Source: the human T2T-CHM13v2.0 reference genome, Homo sapiens. Taken from it: a DNA stretch of 64,000 nucleotides. Under the pieces are notes generated by a model. It saw only the letters and a program-made list of their open reading frames with translations, made no database searches and was not told the DNA's origin. Below are positions 30,858-46,150 of this stretch, piece by piece. Where the stretch lies: the NCBI RefSeq assembly GCF_009914755.1, contig NC_060926.1; one strand, written 5' to 3'. A program made the position numbers and the translations under genes. Each line of letters begins with the position of its first letter. The stretch's first letter is position 1.

Positions 30858-31203
30858 AGTATTAGTCTGTTCTCATGCTGCTAATAAAGACAGTTTATAA
30901 AGGTAGTTTATAAGGGAAAGAGGTTTAATTGACTCAGTTCCACATGGCTGGGGTGGCCTTACAATCATGGTAGAAGGTGAATGGGGAGCAAAGTCACATT
31001 TTACATGGCAGCAGGCAAGAGAGCTTGCGCAGGGGAACTCCCCTTTATAAAACCATCATGTGAGACTTATTCACTACCATGAGAACAGTATGGGGTAAAC
31101 CATCCCCATGATTCAATTATCTCCACTTGGCCCCGCCCTTGACACTTGGCTATTATTATAATTCAAGGTGAGATTTGGGTGGGGACATAGCTGAACCATA
31201 TTA
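30858..31203 (-). mobile_element. THE1-family (MaLR) solo LTR inside the L1
   Basis: Reverse THE1 consensus (gtattagtctgttctcatgctgctaataaagaca ... ggtgagatttgggtggggacatagctgaaccatatta); 5-bp TSD ACAAC at 30853-30857 and 31204-31208. Confidence 0.92.
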
Positions 31204-31486
31204 ACAACCTAGGCAATACTGCTCTGGACATAGGACCTACAAAGATTTCATGACAAAGTCATCAAAAGCAATTGCAACAAAAGCAAAAATTGACAAATGG
31301 GATCTAATTAAACTTAAGTGCTTCTTCACAGCAAAATAAACTATAAACAGAGTAAACAGACAACCTACAGAATGGGTGAAAATATTTACAAACTATGCAT
31401 TTGACATAAGTCTAATATTCAGCATCTATAAGGAACTTAAACAAATTTACAAGCAAAAAACCACCACATTAAAAAGTAGACAAAGG

Positions 31487-33549
31487 CTCCCTCTCCCTCT
31501 CCCTCTCCCTCTCCCCATGGTCTCCCTCTCCCTCTCCCCATGGTCTCCCTCTCCCTCTTTCCATGGTCTCCCTCTCATGCCGAGCCGAAGCTGGACTATA
31601 CTGCTGCCACCTCGGCTCACTGCAACCTCCCTGCCTGATTCTCCTGCCTCAGACTGCAGAGTGCCTGCAATTGCAGGCGCACGCCACCACGCCTGACTGG
31701 TTTTCGTATTTTTTTGGTGGAGACGGGGTTTTGCTGTGTTGGCCGGGCTGGTCTCCAGCTCCTAACCGCAAGTGATCCGCCAGCCTCGGCCTCCCGAGGT
31801 GCTGGGATTGCAGACGGAGTCTCGTTCACTCAGTGCTCAATGGCGCCCAGGCTGGAGTGCAGTGGCGTGATCTTGGCTCGCTACAACCTCCACCTCCCAG
31901 CCGCCTGCCTTGGCCTCCCAAAGTGCCGAGATTGCAGCCTCTGCCCGGCCGCCACCCCGTCTGGGAAGTGGGGAGCGTCTCTGCCTGGCCGCCCATCGTC
32001 TGGGATGTGAGGAGCCCCTCTGCCTGGCTGCCCAGTCTGGAAAGTGAGGAGCGTCTCTGCCCGGCCGCCATCCCATCTGGGAAGTGAGGAGCGCCTCTTC
32101 CCGGCCACCATCACATCTAGGAAGTGAGGAGCGTCTCTGCCCGGCTGCCCATCATCTGGGATGTGGGGAGCGCCTCTGCCCCACCGCCCTGTCTGGGATG
32201 TGAGGAGCACCTCTGCCCGGCCGCCACCCCATCTGGGAGGTGAGGAGCGTCTCTGCCTGGCCGCCCCGTATGAGAAGTGAGGAGCCTCTCCGCCCGGCAG
32301 CCGCCCCGTCTGAGAAGTGAGGAGCCTCTGTGCCCGGCAGCCACCCCGTCTGGGAAGTGAGGAGCGTCTCCGCCCGGCAGCCACCCCATCCGGGAGGGAG
32401 GTGGGGGGGGTCAGCCCCCCGCCAGGCCAGCCGCCCCGTCCGGGAGGGAGGTGGGGGGGGGTCAGCCCCCCACCCGGCCAGCCGCCCCGTCCGGGAGGTG
32501 AGGGGCGCCTCTACCTGGCCGCCCCTACTGGGAAGTGAGGAGCCCCTCTGCCCAGCCAGTCGCCCCGTATGGGAGGGAGGTGGGGGGGTCAGCCCCCCGC
32601 CCGGCCAGCTGCCCCATCCTGAAGGGAGGTGGGGGGGTCAGCCCCCCACCCGGCCAGCCGCCCCGTCCGGGAGGGAGGTGGGGGTGTCAGCCCCCCGCCC
32701 GGCCAGCCGCCCCGTCCAGGAGGTGAGGGGCGCCTCTGCCCGGCCGCCCCTACTGGGAAGTGAGGAGCCCCTCTGCCCGGCCAGCCGCCCCGTCCAGGAG
32801 GGAGGTGGGGGGGTCAGCCCCCCGCCCGGCCAGCCGCCCAGTCCGGGAGGGAGGTGGGGGGGATCAGCCCCCTGCCCGGCCAGCTGCCCCGTCCGGGAGG
32901 TGAGGGATGCCTCTGCCCAGCCGCCCCTACTGGGAAGTGAGGAGCCCCTCTGCCTGGCCACCACCCCGTCTGGGAGGTGTACCCAACAGCTCATTGAGAA
33001 CGGGCCATGATGACAATGGCAGTTTTGTGGAATAGAAAGGGGGGAAAGGTGGGGAAAAGATTGAGAAATCGGATGGTTGCCGTGTCTGTGTAGAAAGAAG
33101 TAGACATGGGAGACTTTTCATTTTGTTCTGTACTAAGAAAAATTCTTCTGCCTTGGGATCTTGTTGATCTGTGACCTTACCCCCAACCCTGTGCTCTCTG
33201 AAACATGTGCTGTGTCCACTCAGAGTTAAATGGATTAAGGGCGGTGCAAGATGTGCTTTGTTAAACAGATGCTTGAAGGCAGCATGCTCATTAAGAGTCA
33301 TCACCACTCCCTAATCTCAAGTACCCAGGGACACAAACGCTGCGGAAGGCCGCAGGGTCCTCTGCCTAGGAAAACCAGAGATCTTTGTTCACTTGTTTAT
33401 CTGCTGACCTTCCCTCCACTATTGTCCTATGACCCTGCCAAATCCCCCTCTGTGAGAAACACCCAAGAATGATCAATTAAAAAAAAAAAAAAAAGACCAT
33501 GTCATCTGTGAATAAAGAATAAAGATAGTGTTACTTCCTTTAAAAAAAA
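31487..33549 (+). mobile_element. Full-length SVA retrotransposon with a short 3' transduction
   Basis: (CCCTCT)n hexamer head, antisense Alu-like domain, GC-rich VNTR (~31950-32980), SINE-R, A-tail; 16-bp TSD AAAAAGTAGACAAAGG at 31471-31486 and 33550-33565; tt/aaaa endonuclease site. Confidence 0.97.
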
Positions 33550-34385
33550 AAAAAGTAGACAAAGGACATGAGCAGACACTTTTCAAAAGAAGACATACAT
33601 GTGGCAAACAAGCATATGAACAAAAGCTCAACATCACTGATCATTAGAGAAATGCAAATCAAAACCACAATGAGGTACGAAGTCACACAGGTCAGAAGGG
33701 CTTTTATTAAAAAGTCAAAAAAAAAATGCTGGTGAGGTTGCAGAGACAAGGAAATGCTTATACACTGTTGGTGGGAGTGTAAATTAGTTCCATTGTGGAA
33801 AGCAGTGTGATGATTCCTCAAAGAGCTATAAGCAGAACTATCATTCAACCCAGCAATCCCATTACTGGGTATACACCCAAAGGAATATAAATTGTTCTAC
33901 CACAAAGACACATGCCCATTAATGTTCATTGAAGCATTGTTCACAATAGCAAAGATGTGGAATCAACCTAAAAGCCCATCAACAGCAGACAGTATAAAGA
34001 ACATGTGGTACATATACACCATAGAATACCATGCAGCCATAAAAAAGAACAAGATCATGTCCTTTACAGGAACATGGATGGAGTTGGAGGCCACTATGTT
34101 TAGCAAACTAATGCAGGAACAGTAAATCAGATATTGCATGTTTTCACTTGTAAGTGGGAGCTAAAAAATGAGAACCAATAGAAATAGAGGGGAACGACAG
34201 ACACTGGGCCTACTTGACGGTAGAGGGTGGGAGGAGGGAGAGGATCCGGAGAAGTGACTATCAGATACTATGCTTAGTACCTGGATGACAAAAAATCTAT
34301 ACATCAAACCCTCATGACACGAGTTTACCTGTATAACAAACCTGCCCATGTACCCCTGAACCTAAATAAAAGTTAAAATAATTTA

Positions 34386-37084
<2,699 letters not shown>

Positions 37085-39258
37085 AGAAATGTCTTGCGGG
37101 AAAGGGAAAACACCCTTCTGGCTTAGAGTCTCTCATGAGGTTACAGTCAAATATTGACTGGGGCTACAGTAATCTAAAGGCTTGAGTGGGACTAGAGGAT
37201 TCATTTCCACAATGGTTCACCCATGTGGCTGTTGGTAAAGGTCTTAGTCTGTCGCTAGCTTTTTACAGATGTCTCAGTTCCTCACTGGCTATTAGCAAGA
37301 AGCCTTTATTCCTCACCACATGGATCTCTTCACAGGCTGCTTGAGTGTTTTCACAACATTACAAATAGATTTCACCAGATCAAACAATGAGGAAGAGAGA
37401 GAGGCAGACAGAAAGAGTCAGAGAGTGAGCGAGTGAGCCAGAGAGACACAGAGAAAGCTACAGTACTTTTTATGCCATAGAAATTATACACTGTTACTTC
37501 TGCTTTAATTTTATTTATTGGGAGTAAGCCATTAAATCCAGCCCAACACTAAAAAAGAGGGGAATTAAGCTCCACCTCTTAAGAGTATCAATTAATTTAT
37601 GAATGTATTTTATACTACCACAGACTTCTACATTTTATTTCCTGAATGTTGCTGCTACTTAAGGGTCTTACCTCTGCCCTCTTATCATCATATTCACCCT
37701 CCCTGAGTGATCTCAACTATTCCCATTGTTTCAATTGTCATCTATATTATAGAGGAATCTAAAATCAGTTTCTAGCCTCGATACATTTCCCAAACCCATA
37801 TTTGTATTTTCAACTACCAATTATCCTACATCTCCACCTAGAAAGCCAATACAATCTGTCCAAAACTAAACTTCTGTTTTTCTTCCCCATTGCTCCAATT
37901 TGGCTCTTTATATCTTCAATCCAATTACCCACGTTAGAAAACATGAATCATCCTCAATTCCTACTTCTCCTTCTTACCTCTCATATCCTTTGATATGGAT
38001 TTATCCCTACTGTTTATGCCTTCTAAATAACTCTCTATTTATTTTCTTCTCATCATCATTACCATCTTTGTACAGGCTGTCATCATTCTTCTCCAAGTCT
38101 ACTGCAGTAGCCTAATAACTGATTTCTCTACGTCTAGTCTCTCCCCATTCTAATTTACTTTTTGTCATATTTATCTTGGCTAAAATATAGATGTGAGCTC
38201 ATATATCTCTATAAAAGCCTTGAATGGCTCACCAATAACCAGTTTAAAGAGCCCAAGCTCTTTAAAATGATATATAAGGCCCTTTAAAATCTGATCCTAA
38301 TATGTTTTAGCTTCATCTCATCACTGTCTCAACAAACCTTCACCAAATAATTGTCATTCCCTGAAAATGACATGTACTTGCACACATTCACATATTTGCA
38401 CATGCTATTTCCTCTGCCCGCAATACCCACTACTCTCTGCTCTGCTAGGGAAACTCCTGTTTCCAGAGTTCAAATAGCACCTCTTTCACGAAGCTCTCTC
38501 TGACTTCCCTAGGTGGGAAGTCATTTCATCTACTATGGTTCCACATTATCTTCCATATACTGATGGCATATCTTTGTTAACCTATACTTTGTGAATGACT
38601 TTAGGACTGATTCAGTTTCAAACGTTTTGTCCTTTTGTCTTTGTATGAACATGAATAAATGTTTCAGACTGTTTTCCATTATTTAATTCAGAAAATATAA
38701 TTGCTAGTGACAATTGCTGGCCCCCTCCAGGACTTCCAGAATAATCTGTTGCTGGAAAAGACCTCTCTCACAGAATTTTTGAAATCTTTTCTCATTTTGT
38801 GTTGTTAATCTGCATCATTGAAGAAGACGAAGTGCTATTTCGCGTCCAGAGCACAAGTAAATATATTAGCAACGTTTTCCTTTCCACATTGCCCATTTCC
38901 CATTCCCCACTATTACAAACCCACATTCCATGACAAGCAGCTGAGGCATCATCAGGGGAACTCAAAAGAAAAGGCACCTACAAATGTATGCATACACCTA
39001 GTTAAAGACATTTATCCTTGTAAGTGCCATCTATTAATTTTGTTCCTTTATTGTGTAATCTTGGACTTAGGGACAAATAGCACATCACCATTATTATTGG
39101 AAAAATCCCCAGATGTATCAGGGTGATCATAACATCTTGGCACAGAAGATTTTGTTAAATTCATATTCAAAAGATAAGATAAATACCAAAACTAAATATA
39201 CTCTTATAGCACAAATGGGGCAAGAACTCTCAGCCAGCTCTAGTTCTCGCTCATCATC

Positions 39259-39547
39259 TTTTTTTATTCCAAGACCAAGTCTCGCTCCTTGCGCAGGCTG
39301 GAGTGCAGTGGCACAATCTCTGCTCACTGCAACCTCCCCCTCCTAGGTTCAAGCTACTCTCGTGCCTCAGCCTTCCAAGTAGCTGGGATTACAGGCATGT
39401 GCCACCACGCCCAGCTAATTTTTGTGTTTTTAGTAGATACGGGGTATTGCCATGTTGCCAAACTAGTCTCGAACTCCTGGGCTCAAGTGATTCACATTTG
39501 GCCCCCCAAAGTGCTGAGATTACAGGCGTGAGCCACTGCACCCGGCC
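39259..39547 (-). mobile_element. Alu (J/old S), antisense
   Basis: Reverse Alu consensus ending cccggcc. Confidence 0.9.
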
Positions 39548-39973
39548 ACCATCGCTCATTTTTAAAAGCACATTTATTGAGCTCTTTCTAAGAGACAGGT
39601 TGCATTAGGCACCTGATGGGAGCCAAGGTTCCTGCTCCCATGAAGCTTATATTCTGGGACAAGAGATACCCAAGTAAGAAATGAAGACATAAAAACACAA
39701 AGTAATTACAAATTAAGATAAATCTAAAATTAAAGGAGTGAAACACATGATGACATAGATATTAACTAGGAGCAGAGGGTAGAAGTTGTTTAGATGTAGT
39801 GGTCAGGGATAACTGTTTAGAAGAATTGCCACCTGAGCTGCTATCTGTAGGATGAAAATGAGTCAGCCATGTGGAGACCTGTGGGAAGAATATATCCAAA
39901 AAGGGAACAAGGGAAACGATACCTTAAATACAATGTCATAATTACAAAAAAGACCCCTCAAAAATGCCAGTTA

Positions 39974-39990
39974 TCAGCAGATGGCAGTAT
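39974..39990 (+). promoter_or_regulatory. Candidate CTCF core motif
   Basis: TCAGCAGATGGCAGTA resembles CCASYAGRKGGCRS with one mismatch; motif match only. Confidence 0.45.
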
Positions 39991-42779
39991 CCATATATGT
40001 AAGAAAAGAAATATAGGTCAATAGAGTTGGAAATATACACTTGTTTCAGATAGCCATGTCTTAAATTGGATGTCCAGTATGATTCATCCTAATGTGGAAT
40101 GAGTAAGTAGCCGTATTTAAGCCAACTCAAGGCAAAATTACCAGGCCCTGTTGATACTCTACTACCCAAAAAGTTCTTCTCCCTAGGGTCCCTGCCACAG
40201 TTGCCTCTTTTCACTTTCCTCCCTAAACTTCTTTTTCTGTATTTACCTTTTAAACATTGTTCCTCACATTTTTATTCTTTTTTGGCTCTCTACAATCTTT
40301 TTCAAAGTAATCCATTCCCATTGGCCACCATGTTCTAAACTCTCTTCTGAGTTTACAAGTCAAATATATACCATTGGATTTTGCCACATAAATGACGCAC
40401 TAGGACCATAAATTCAGCAGAGCCAAAACTGGATATGTTATTTCTTGCCCTGGCCACACATTCCAATCATTGCCTATGTAACCTCCCTGGCACCCACATT
40501 GATCACTTGCCCATGCTTGCCACCTGGATCCTCTTCTACTTTCTGACTTCTTCCCCTCAGCTCCCACATTCAGTCACCCAATCTCCTGATTTTATATTCT
40601 CCATATTTACTGGAGTAAGCTCATTTAGAAATTAATGTATCAATGCTGAATTCCTTACTTCTTTACACTATGACCTGAATTATATAGTAGTATCCACTAA
40701 TTATGTGTTTACATGTGCCAAGTACTCTAATAAGTGACTCACATGCATTATATCATTTCGTCCTTCCAATAGCCCTATGAGCTAGGAACAGTATTATTCC
40801 TCTTTTATATATAAGAAGAGTAAAGCTTACCAGTGTCCAACAATTTGCCTAAAGTCACCTATATAAGTGGAAGGGAAGAAATTTAACCCACATATTTTGA
40901 CTATAAAACATGACCTTTTATACAGTGTGTCATAAAAGAGAAATGGAAAATTAGCTTTCATAAGAAGAATCTAATTTGATAGTTCTTTTAGGAACAACTT
41001 TCCCACTTCAAAGGTTTTAGGATTCAAGGATAAATGACACTAAATCCAGCTATAAGGTGAGATGGTATTCAATCCATTAAAACAGTGGTTCTGAAATGTT
41101 TTCAGGTAGCAAATACCTGGAACTTGTGGTGTTATATGGAAAAATTTAAAATATATTAATAAATTTAATTTCACCAAAAAGACTGTAACATAAGACCATA
41201 TTTTACATAAATGTCCCCACATTATTTTGAATATATAGGTTTTCCAGTCACATGAAATATTTGATCCATTACTGTTTCTTTTTTTTTTTAATCTGCTAGG
41301 TGAAAAATGCTAGCAATCTACTAATTTTTTAAGAATGACTATGAGGGAAAAAAGCTTAAAATTGAAAAAAAATATTTTTCTGTTAATTAGAAATACATCA
41401 TCATTCAATTTAGTAGATCATCTTAGTCCAACCTACTGAACTCTTTCATATGAGCATAATTTGAGAACCACTAAAATATACATTTATTAAGCACCTATAT
41501 TTAAGAAAATATGCAATGCGTTATGGGAAAACAATAAAATATCATGTCTCAGTTTACAAACTTACCGAGAAGAAAAAAAAATTCCTTACAGGGTTTTGAT
41601 TTTGTCTTCTAAGACTATATAAATGTATGAAAAATGTTTACGCTTATTACAAGAAAATTAACTATTGTAGCTATGGAATAATCATCAATGCAAATTAAAA
41701 CCTGTATATATGTATATGGGAGGTCTTCAAAGAAGTTATGAAATAGGGTGACACTATCAAATTCATACATTTGAAAATTTACTTTTGGAGTAATGCATTG
41801 TGAAGAAATTAGATCAAGAGAAACACTTGCAATAGTCCAAGTAAAAATGTGGCCCTGAAATAGGATAGTAAAGTAGGAAGGAAATAATTTGAAAGAGGTT
41901 CCTTAAGATATAGAATCACTATGAATTGACTTGACTGGATTTTGAGGTTGAAAAAAGAATCAAAGATGACTCACCAAAGTTTCTAGTTATGATACCTAGA
42001 TGGAAGGTAGATAGGTTTTTTTTTTGGGAGGGGGGAGGTATACACATAAGACTATGAAAAGTTCGAAGGCACATAAGAGTAGAGAGGGAATATGAAGGTG
42101 GGGAATAGGAAAAGCTGGCCTAAAATGAGGAGTAAGAACTGAAATAACAGAAGATAAAAAGCAGATGTTATAGGCTGAGGAAGATGTGGAATCCCTTACA
42201 CTCCCTTTAGAAAGACATAAGAAGCCATTAAAAAACTATTACTAGGGAAATGACATGGTTGATTTAAATCATTGGAAATGATTTAAGTGTCAACGAGGCA
42301 AAAAATATTTGGAAATCGTACATCTTGGTTTCTTGACAAATGCCATAATAACTATTATCATAATGGTACCAAGAAATATTTCAAATAGAAACAGAGAATT
42401 CACCCACTTAAGTCACCTACTTTAAGAAAATTTTACATCAGTGTAGGCTGGAGTGAAAGTTTACAGTATTGAAATTCAAACTGACAAGGTAAAAGACATT
42501 TTATATGCTTTACTGAAACACTAGCAAATCTTTTGTAATATCTTAATTCAGAGGGAAAAAAGTCTTAAAGGAGACTGACTATATGTCAGAATTTTGAAGC
42601 ATTCACTATTTAAATCAAAATACTTCCTAATATGTACTGCCTTAACCCATAAAACAGATCAGCAATTTATATGGCCAAATGAGTCCTATCTTTATGACAA
42701 AAATTTACTTAGATAAACTAGTAGTCTTGTCTCTGCCCACCACCCCATAGCACAGTTTGGTCTATTATCAATCAGAGTC

Positions 42780-42960
42780 TGTCTTAGTTTACTAGGGCTG
42801 CAATAACAAAGTACCACAGACTGGGTGGCTTAAAAAACAGAAATTTATTTTCTCATAGTTTTGGGGGCTAGTAGGCTGAGATCAAGGTGTCAGCATGTTT
42901 GGTTTCTTCCAAGGCTTCTCTCTTGGCTTGCAGATGGCCACCTTCTAGCTATGTCTTCAA
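42780..42960 (-). mobile_element. MLT1A/B LTR fragment
   Basis: agggctgcaataacaaagtaccacagactgggtggcttaaa...gagatcaaggtgtcagca. Confidence 0.8.
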
Positions 42961-45069
42961 ATATGTTTATGGAAATATTGTTCACAGAATCTATAGGAAG
43001 CCTGGAAAATCAGGCTTGGGAAATAAAAGAAGCAAGAAATAATAGCAAAGAATGAAGTAAGGACTTGTATGGATCTTGCCACACTGGCCTGCCGCCACTG
43101 GACTGGTAATACCATACATGCACTCTAATGCCCTGAAAAATTCCTACACTTTGAGTCTTTGTCTTGTTTTCTTGAGATTAAAAGCCTGAGACATAGGGCT
43201 TCCTTCCTATACAGAAGGACATTAGAATGCTGGATAGCAAACAATAATTTCTATTCAGTACAAAATCTACTGCCTTAATCTATTACATCTGATACATTCC
43301 AATAAATGTAAAGTTATCCAAATGGCTATATCCAAGGCAGTAAATTCACAGCCTGTCTACCAAATCGAAGCAGTCAGGTTTGACAGTTTTTCTTTTAGTT
43401 CTTTTACGGTGGGCATTTACCTCAGGTTTAACACTGTTCCCACAACTTCCTAATGTATTTCACTCATCCTGACGCTCAAGTTTATAGCCCTGCTTTCTTG
43501 GGTATATGAATTGTAACCCTTGGACTATGCCTTCTAAGCACTGTTTTGTGAAAGTTTCGTTTGAATTGTAAGGTCAATAAAAATAGCAGTAGAAGACATA
43601 AAAGTCCCAGCCCTGCTACCATTTGCTATTTGAGACCAGGAAAAACCATGTACCTTATTTCAAAAAGTAGTGAATTCAATGAGTTGGACTTCCTTATTTC
43701 TAAAATGTATGAAGAAATAGTGTACGAGGGAGAGTGCTATAAGAGCATGTACTATATTCAGAAATGTGTATTTTCCACTTGAGGCAAGAAAGGATCTTTG
43801 TTCTCTACCTGGGCTACACTTCAGAGGAAAAAACCGAAAGCAAAGGTCAGGAGACAGAAGAAGTTATGAACCATGAAACTGGAGCCATTATCATAACATT
43901 ATGAGACTCTAGATTCTTTGTAACTTCCCCATATTTGTTACTTATAATTCATTTGCCTCATAATAATAATCAGTAAAATTACTCAAAATCAAAGGCCCAA
44001 AGGGCATCTTTGGGGCACTAAAAGTAGGAAGTTAAGACAACTACATTCCATATGCAAACAAAGTCTCAAAGGAGACGATCCCCAAATAATCAAATGGATA
44101 ATAATACTGAGTAAAGAGGGGGCTGGCTGCATCCCTCCATCCTCTGACAAGAACTATGACAATTACAAAAAATAAAGATGAAAATATGTAAAAGGGGGGG
44201 AGCCCATTAACCTGCCAATATGAGCCCAAATGAAAAAAAGTGTGTCAACATACACCTGCCATTCTCGACACAATTCTTTTTAGTAGCTATCACATTTCTT
44301 CTACACACACACATACACACACAAAACATACTTGGGGTTCCTTGACATTATCTTACGTAGAAAATTACTAAGCAAATAATCAATTTGACTAAGTAGGGGG
44401 GCTTATCGTTTTCTCCCTATTCAAATTAATGAAAAAGATAAAAAAACTTTTATCTATAAAGATGATTCTTGGTTCCACAATGCTTCTTAACAGAAATAGT
44501 TTAAACAATAATCATTTTAAAAAATAACAGCTAAGCATTGTACATTTTTAAAAAATAGTATTTTCGTTTGTACAAATATCAATGGGTCCCATTCATCATT
44601 CAAGTACCTTTTCAAACAGGATCTAAGTTTGTAATGTTAGGTAATAGGCATATAGGCTGAAGCCGGACTGCCAAGATTACAATTGCTGGCTCTGTCCTTA
44701 ATATAACTTTGGGCATCTTTCTTCCTTTCTCTGCTTCATCTATAAAACGAAAACAGTAACAACTCCCACCTAAGTGTCGTTGTGATAACTAAATGAAATA
44801 GTGTGTGTAATGTGCCAAGGAATTTCTGGAGCTACCAAGCACTTAAACTAAGTTCTAACTAAGTTTGGTTACTTTCACGTTATAAAGGAATTTTTAGGAA
44901 TCACCTAGGCACTCTCCTAAAGTCTCAAAATAACTTAATACAGTACTTCTAAGGAGTTCAAGTGCCTCCTTATCTGGGACGCCATCTCAGATGCTCTTCA
45001 AATGAAAGGGACCCTGCAAATGAAAGTTAACTTTTTCCATTTTTTAAATAATCCTTCGCAGGAATCTGA

Positions 45070-46150
45070 AGCACGCGACACTCACGGGCCATTCAGCTCC
45101 GCCTCTCCAGGGAACAAGAAGGTTAACTGAGTAACGTGGTCACGGAGCAACCCCGAGTCGCTGCGGCTGCTTAGTAGTCACTCAGGATGGGGATGGTACA
45201 GGGGACCATTAACTGGCCCGGCAGGAAAAGTTTCCCGGTGAGGTGACGATGGACAAGAGTCGCCCCATCGTAAGCGAAAGTGGACTGAGAGGAAGCACAA
45301 ACGCATGGACTCAACCAGCTCGCCCAGATTCACCCTCAGGCCTTTTGCCATCTGAAAAGGGCCTATCGGATGCGCGACATCACGAGTGACGCGTAGTCAT
45401 TTTCCCACGTCCCGTCCCTGCCCCCTCCTAGTGGGACGCAGTGGGCGCGCACGCGCAGCTCCGCTTCCGGGAGCCGCTCCTCGCTACCCACTATGCTCTG
45501 CGACATCGACCTGTCGCAAAGGCCGCGTTTGCGGGGCCAATGAGCGACTCGCTTTCCGTGCGGTGCGGCGAGTGAGGCCCCGGTCTTCCTCCTCGTCCTG
45601 CCGCAGGGCCAGAACCCCTGACGGTATTCAGCTGCGCGTAAGTCTGGCCGGTGCCATCTGTCTCCGCAATGCCCCCCAAGAAACAGGCTCAGGCCGGGGG
45701 CAGCAAAAAGGCGGAGCAAAAAAAGAAGGAGAAGATTATCGAAGTGAGTACCCACCCCTCCCCCACTCACGCCGCGAGCCCTCCGGAAAGCCACTTCCCC
45801 GCTCCGGGCTTCCCTGGGAGCCGGCTCGCTTCCTCGGGCCACGTGTTCCTCCCTTAGGCCTGTGTGGCCCACTGCCCCTTCTCCAGCCCCTGATGACGCT
45901 AGCTGTCTCTCATTACTATAGTGACGCTGCTGGCGCCCCCGCACCTGGGCTTTGCCTCTCCGCCCACACGCCCGTGTTCACCCACCCATGCACCCGGGTG
46001 CGAAATGACCCCTCGGGACTGGCACAGGGTTTTATCCTTCGCTAGTCCTCTCAGAATTGAGGAGATTTTCCAAGGTTATGTGTGAAGAAATACGCTGAAC
46101 GGTCTCGGGCCAGCGTCTTTCTGGAAGACCGACTCATGACGAGTCTTTGT
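45070..46150 (+). promoter_or_regulatory. CpG-island housekeeping promoter of ZC3H15
   Basis: Abrupt GC- and CpG-rich unique segment around exon 1; NRF1-like GCGCACGCGCA 45447-45457, ETS/GABP-like GCTTCCGG 45463-45470, CCAAT 45537-45541, CRE-like GTGACG near 45386; no TATA box seen. Confidence 0.9.
45669..45743 (+). CDS. ZC3H15: ZC3H15 (zinc finger CCCH-type containing 15 / DFRP1) coding exon 1
   Basis: ATG at 45669 in context gcaATGc; encodes [25 protein letters not shown], the recognised ZC3H15 N-terminus; donor GAA|gtgagt at 45744; 75 nt, phase 0. Confidence 0.97.

Noticed and set aside
31950-32980. Regular repeats resembling a CRISPR-like array
   Set aside because: Tandem SVA VNTR units with no unique spacers, in a eukaryotic context
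31376-33472. Dense cluster of 60-226 aa ORFs on both strands
   Set aside because: All are translations of the SVA Alu-like, VNTR and SINE-R domains
45363-46045. Long ORFs over the promoter (219 aa on +, 193 aa on -)
   Set aside because: GTG starts, Arg/Pro/Gly/Ala-rich, no domain; expected from stop-codon scarcity in a CpG island. The real CDS is the short spliced exon 1
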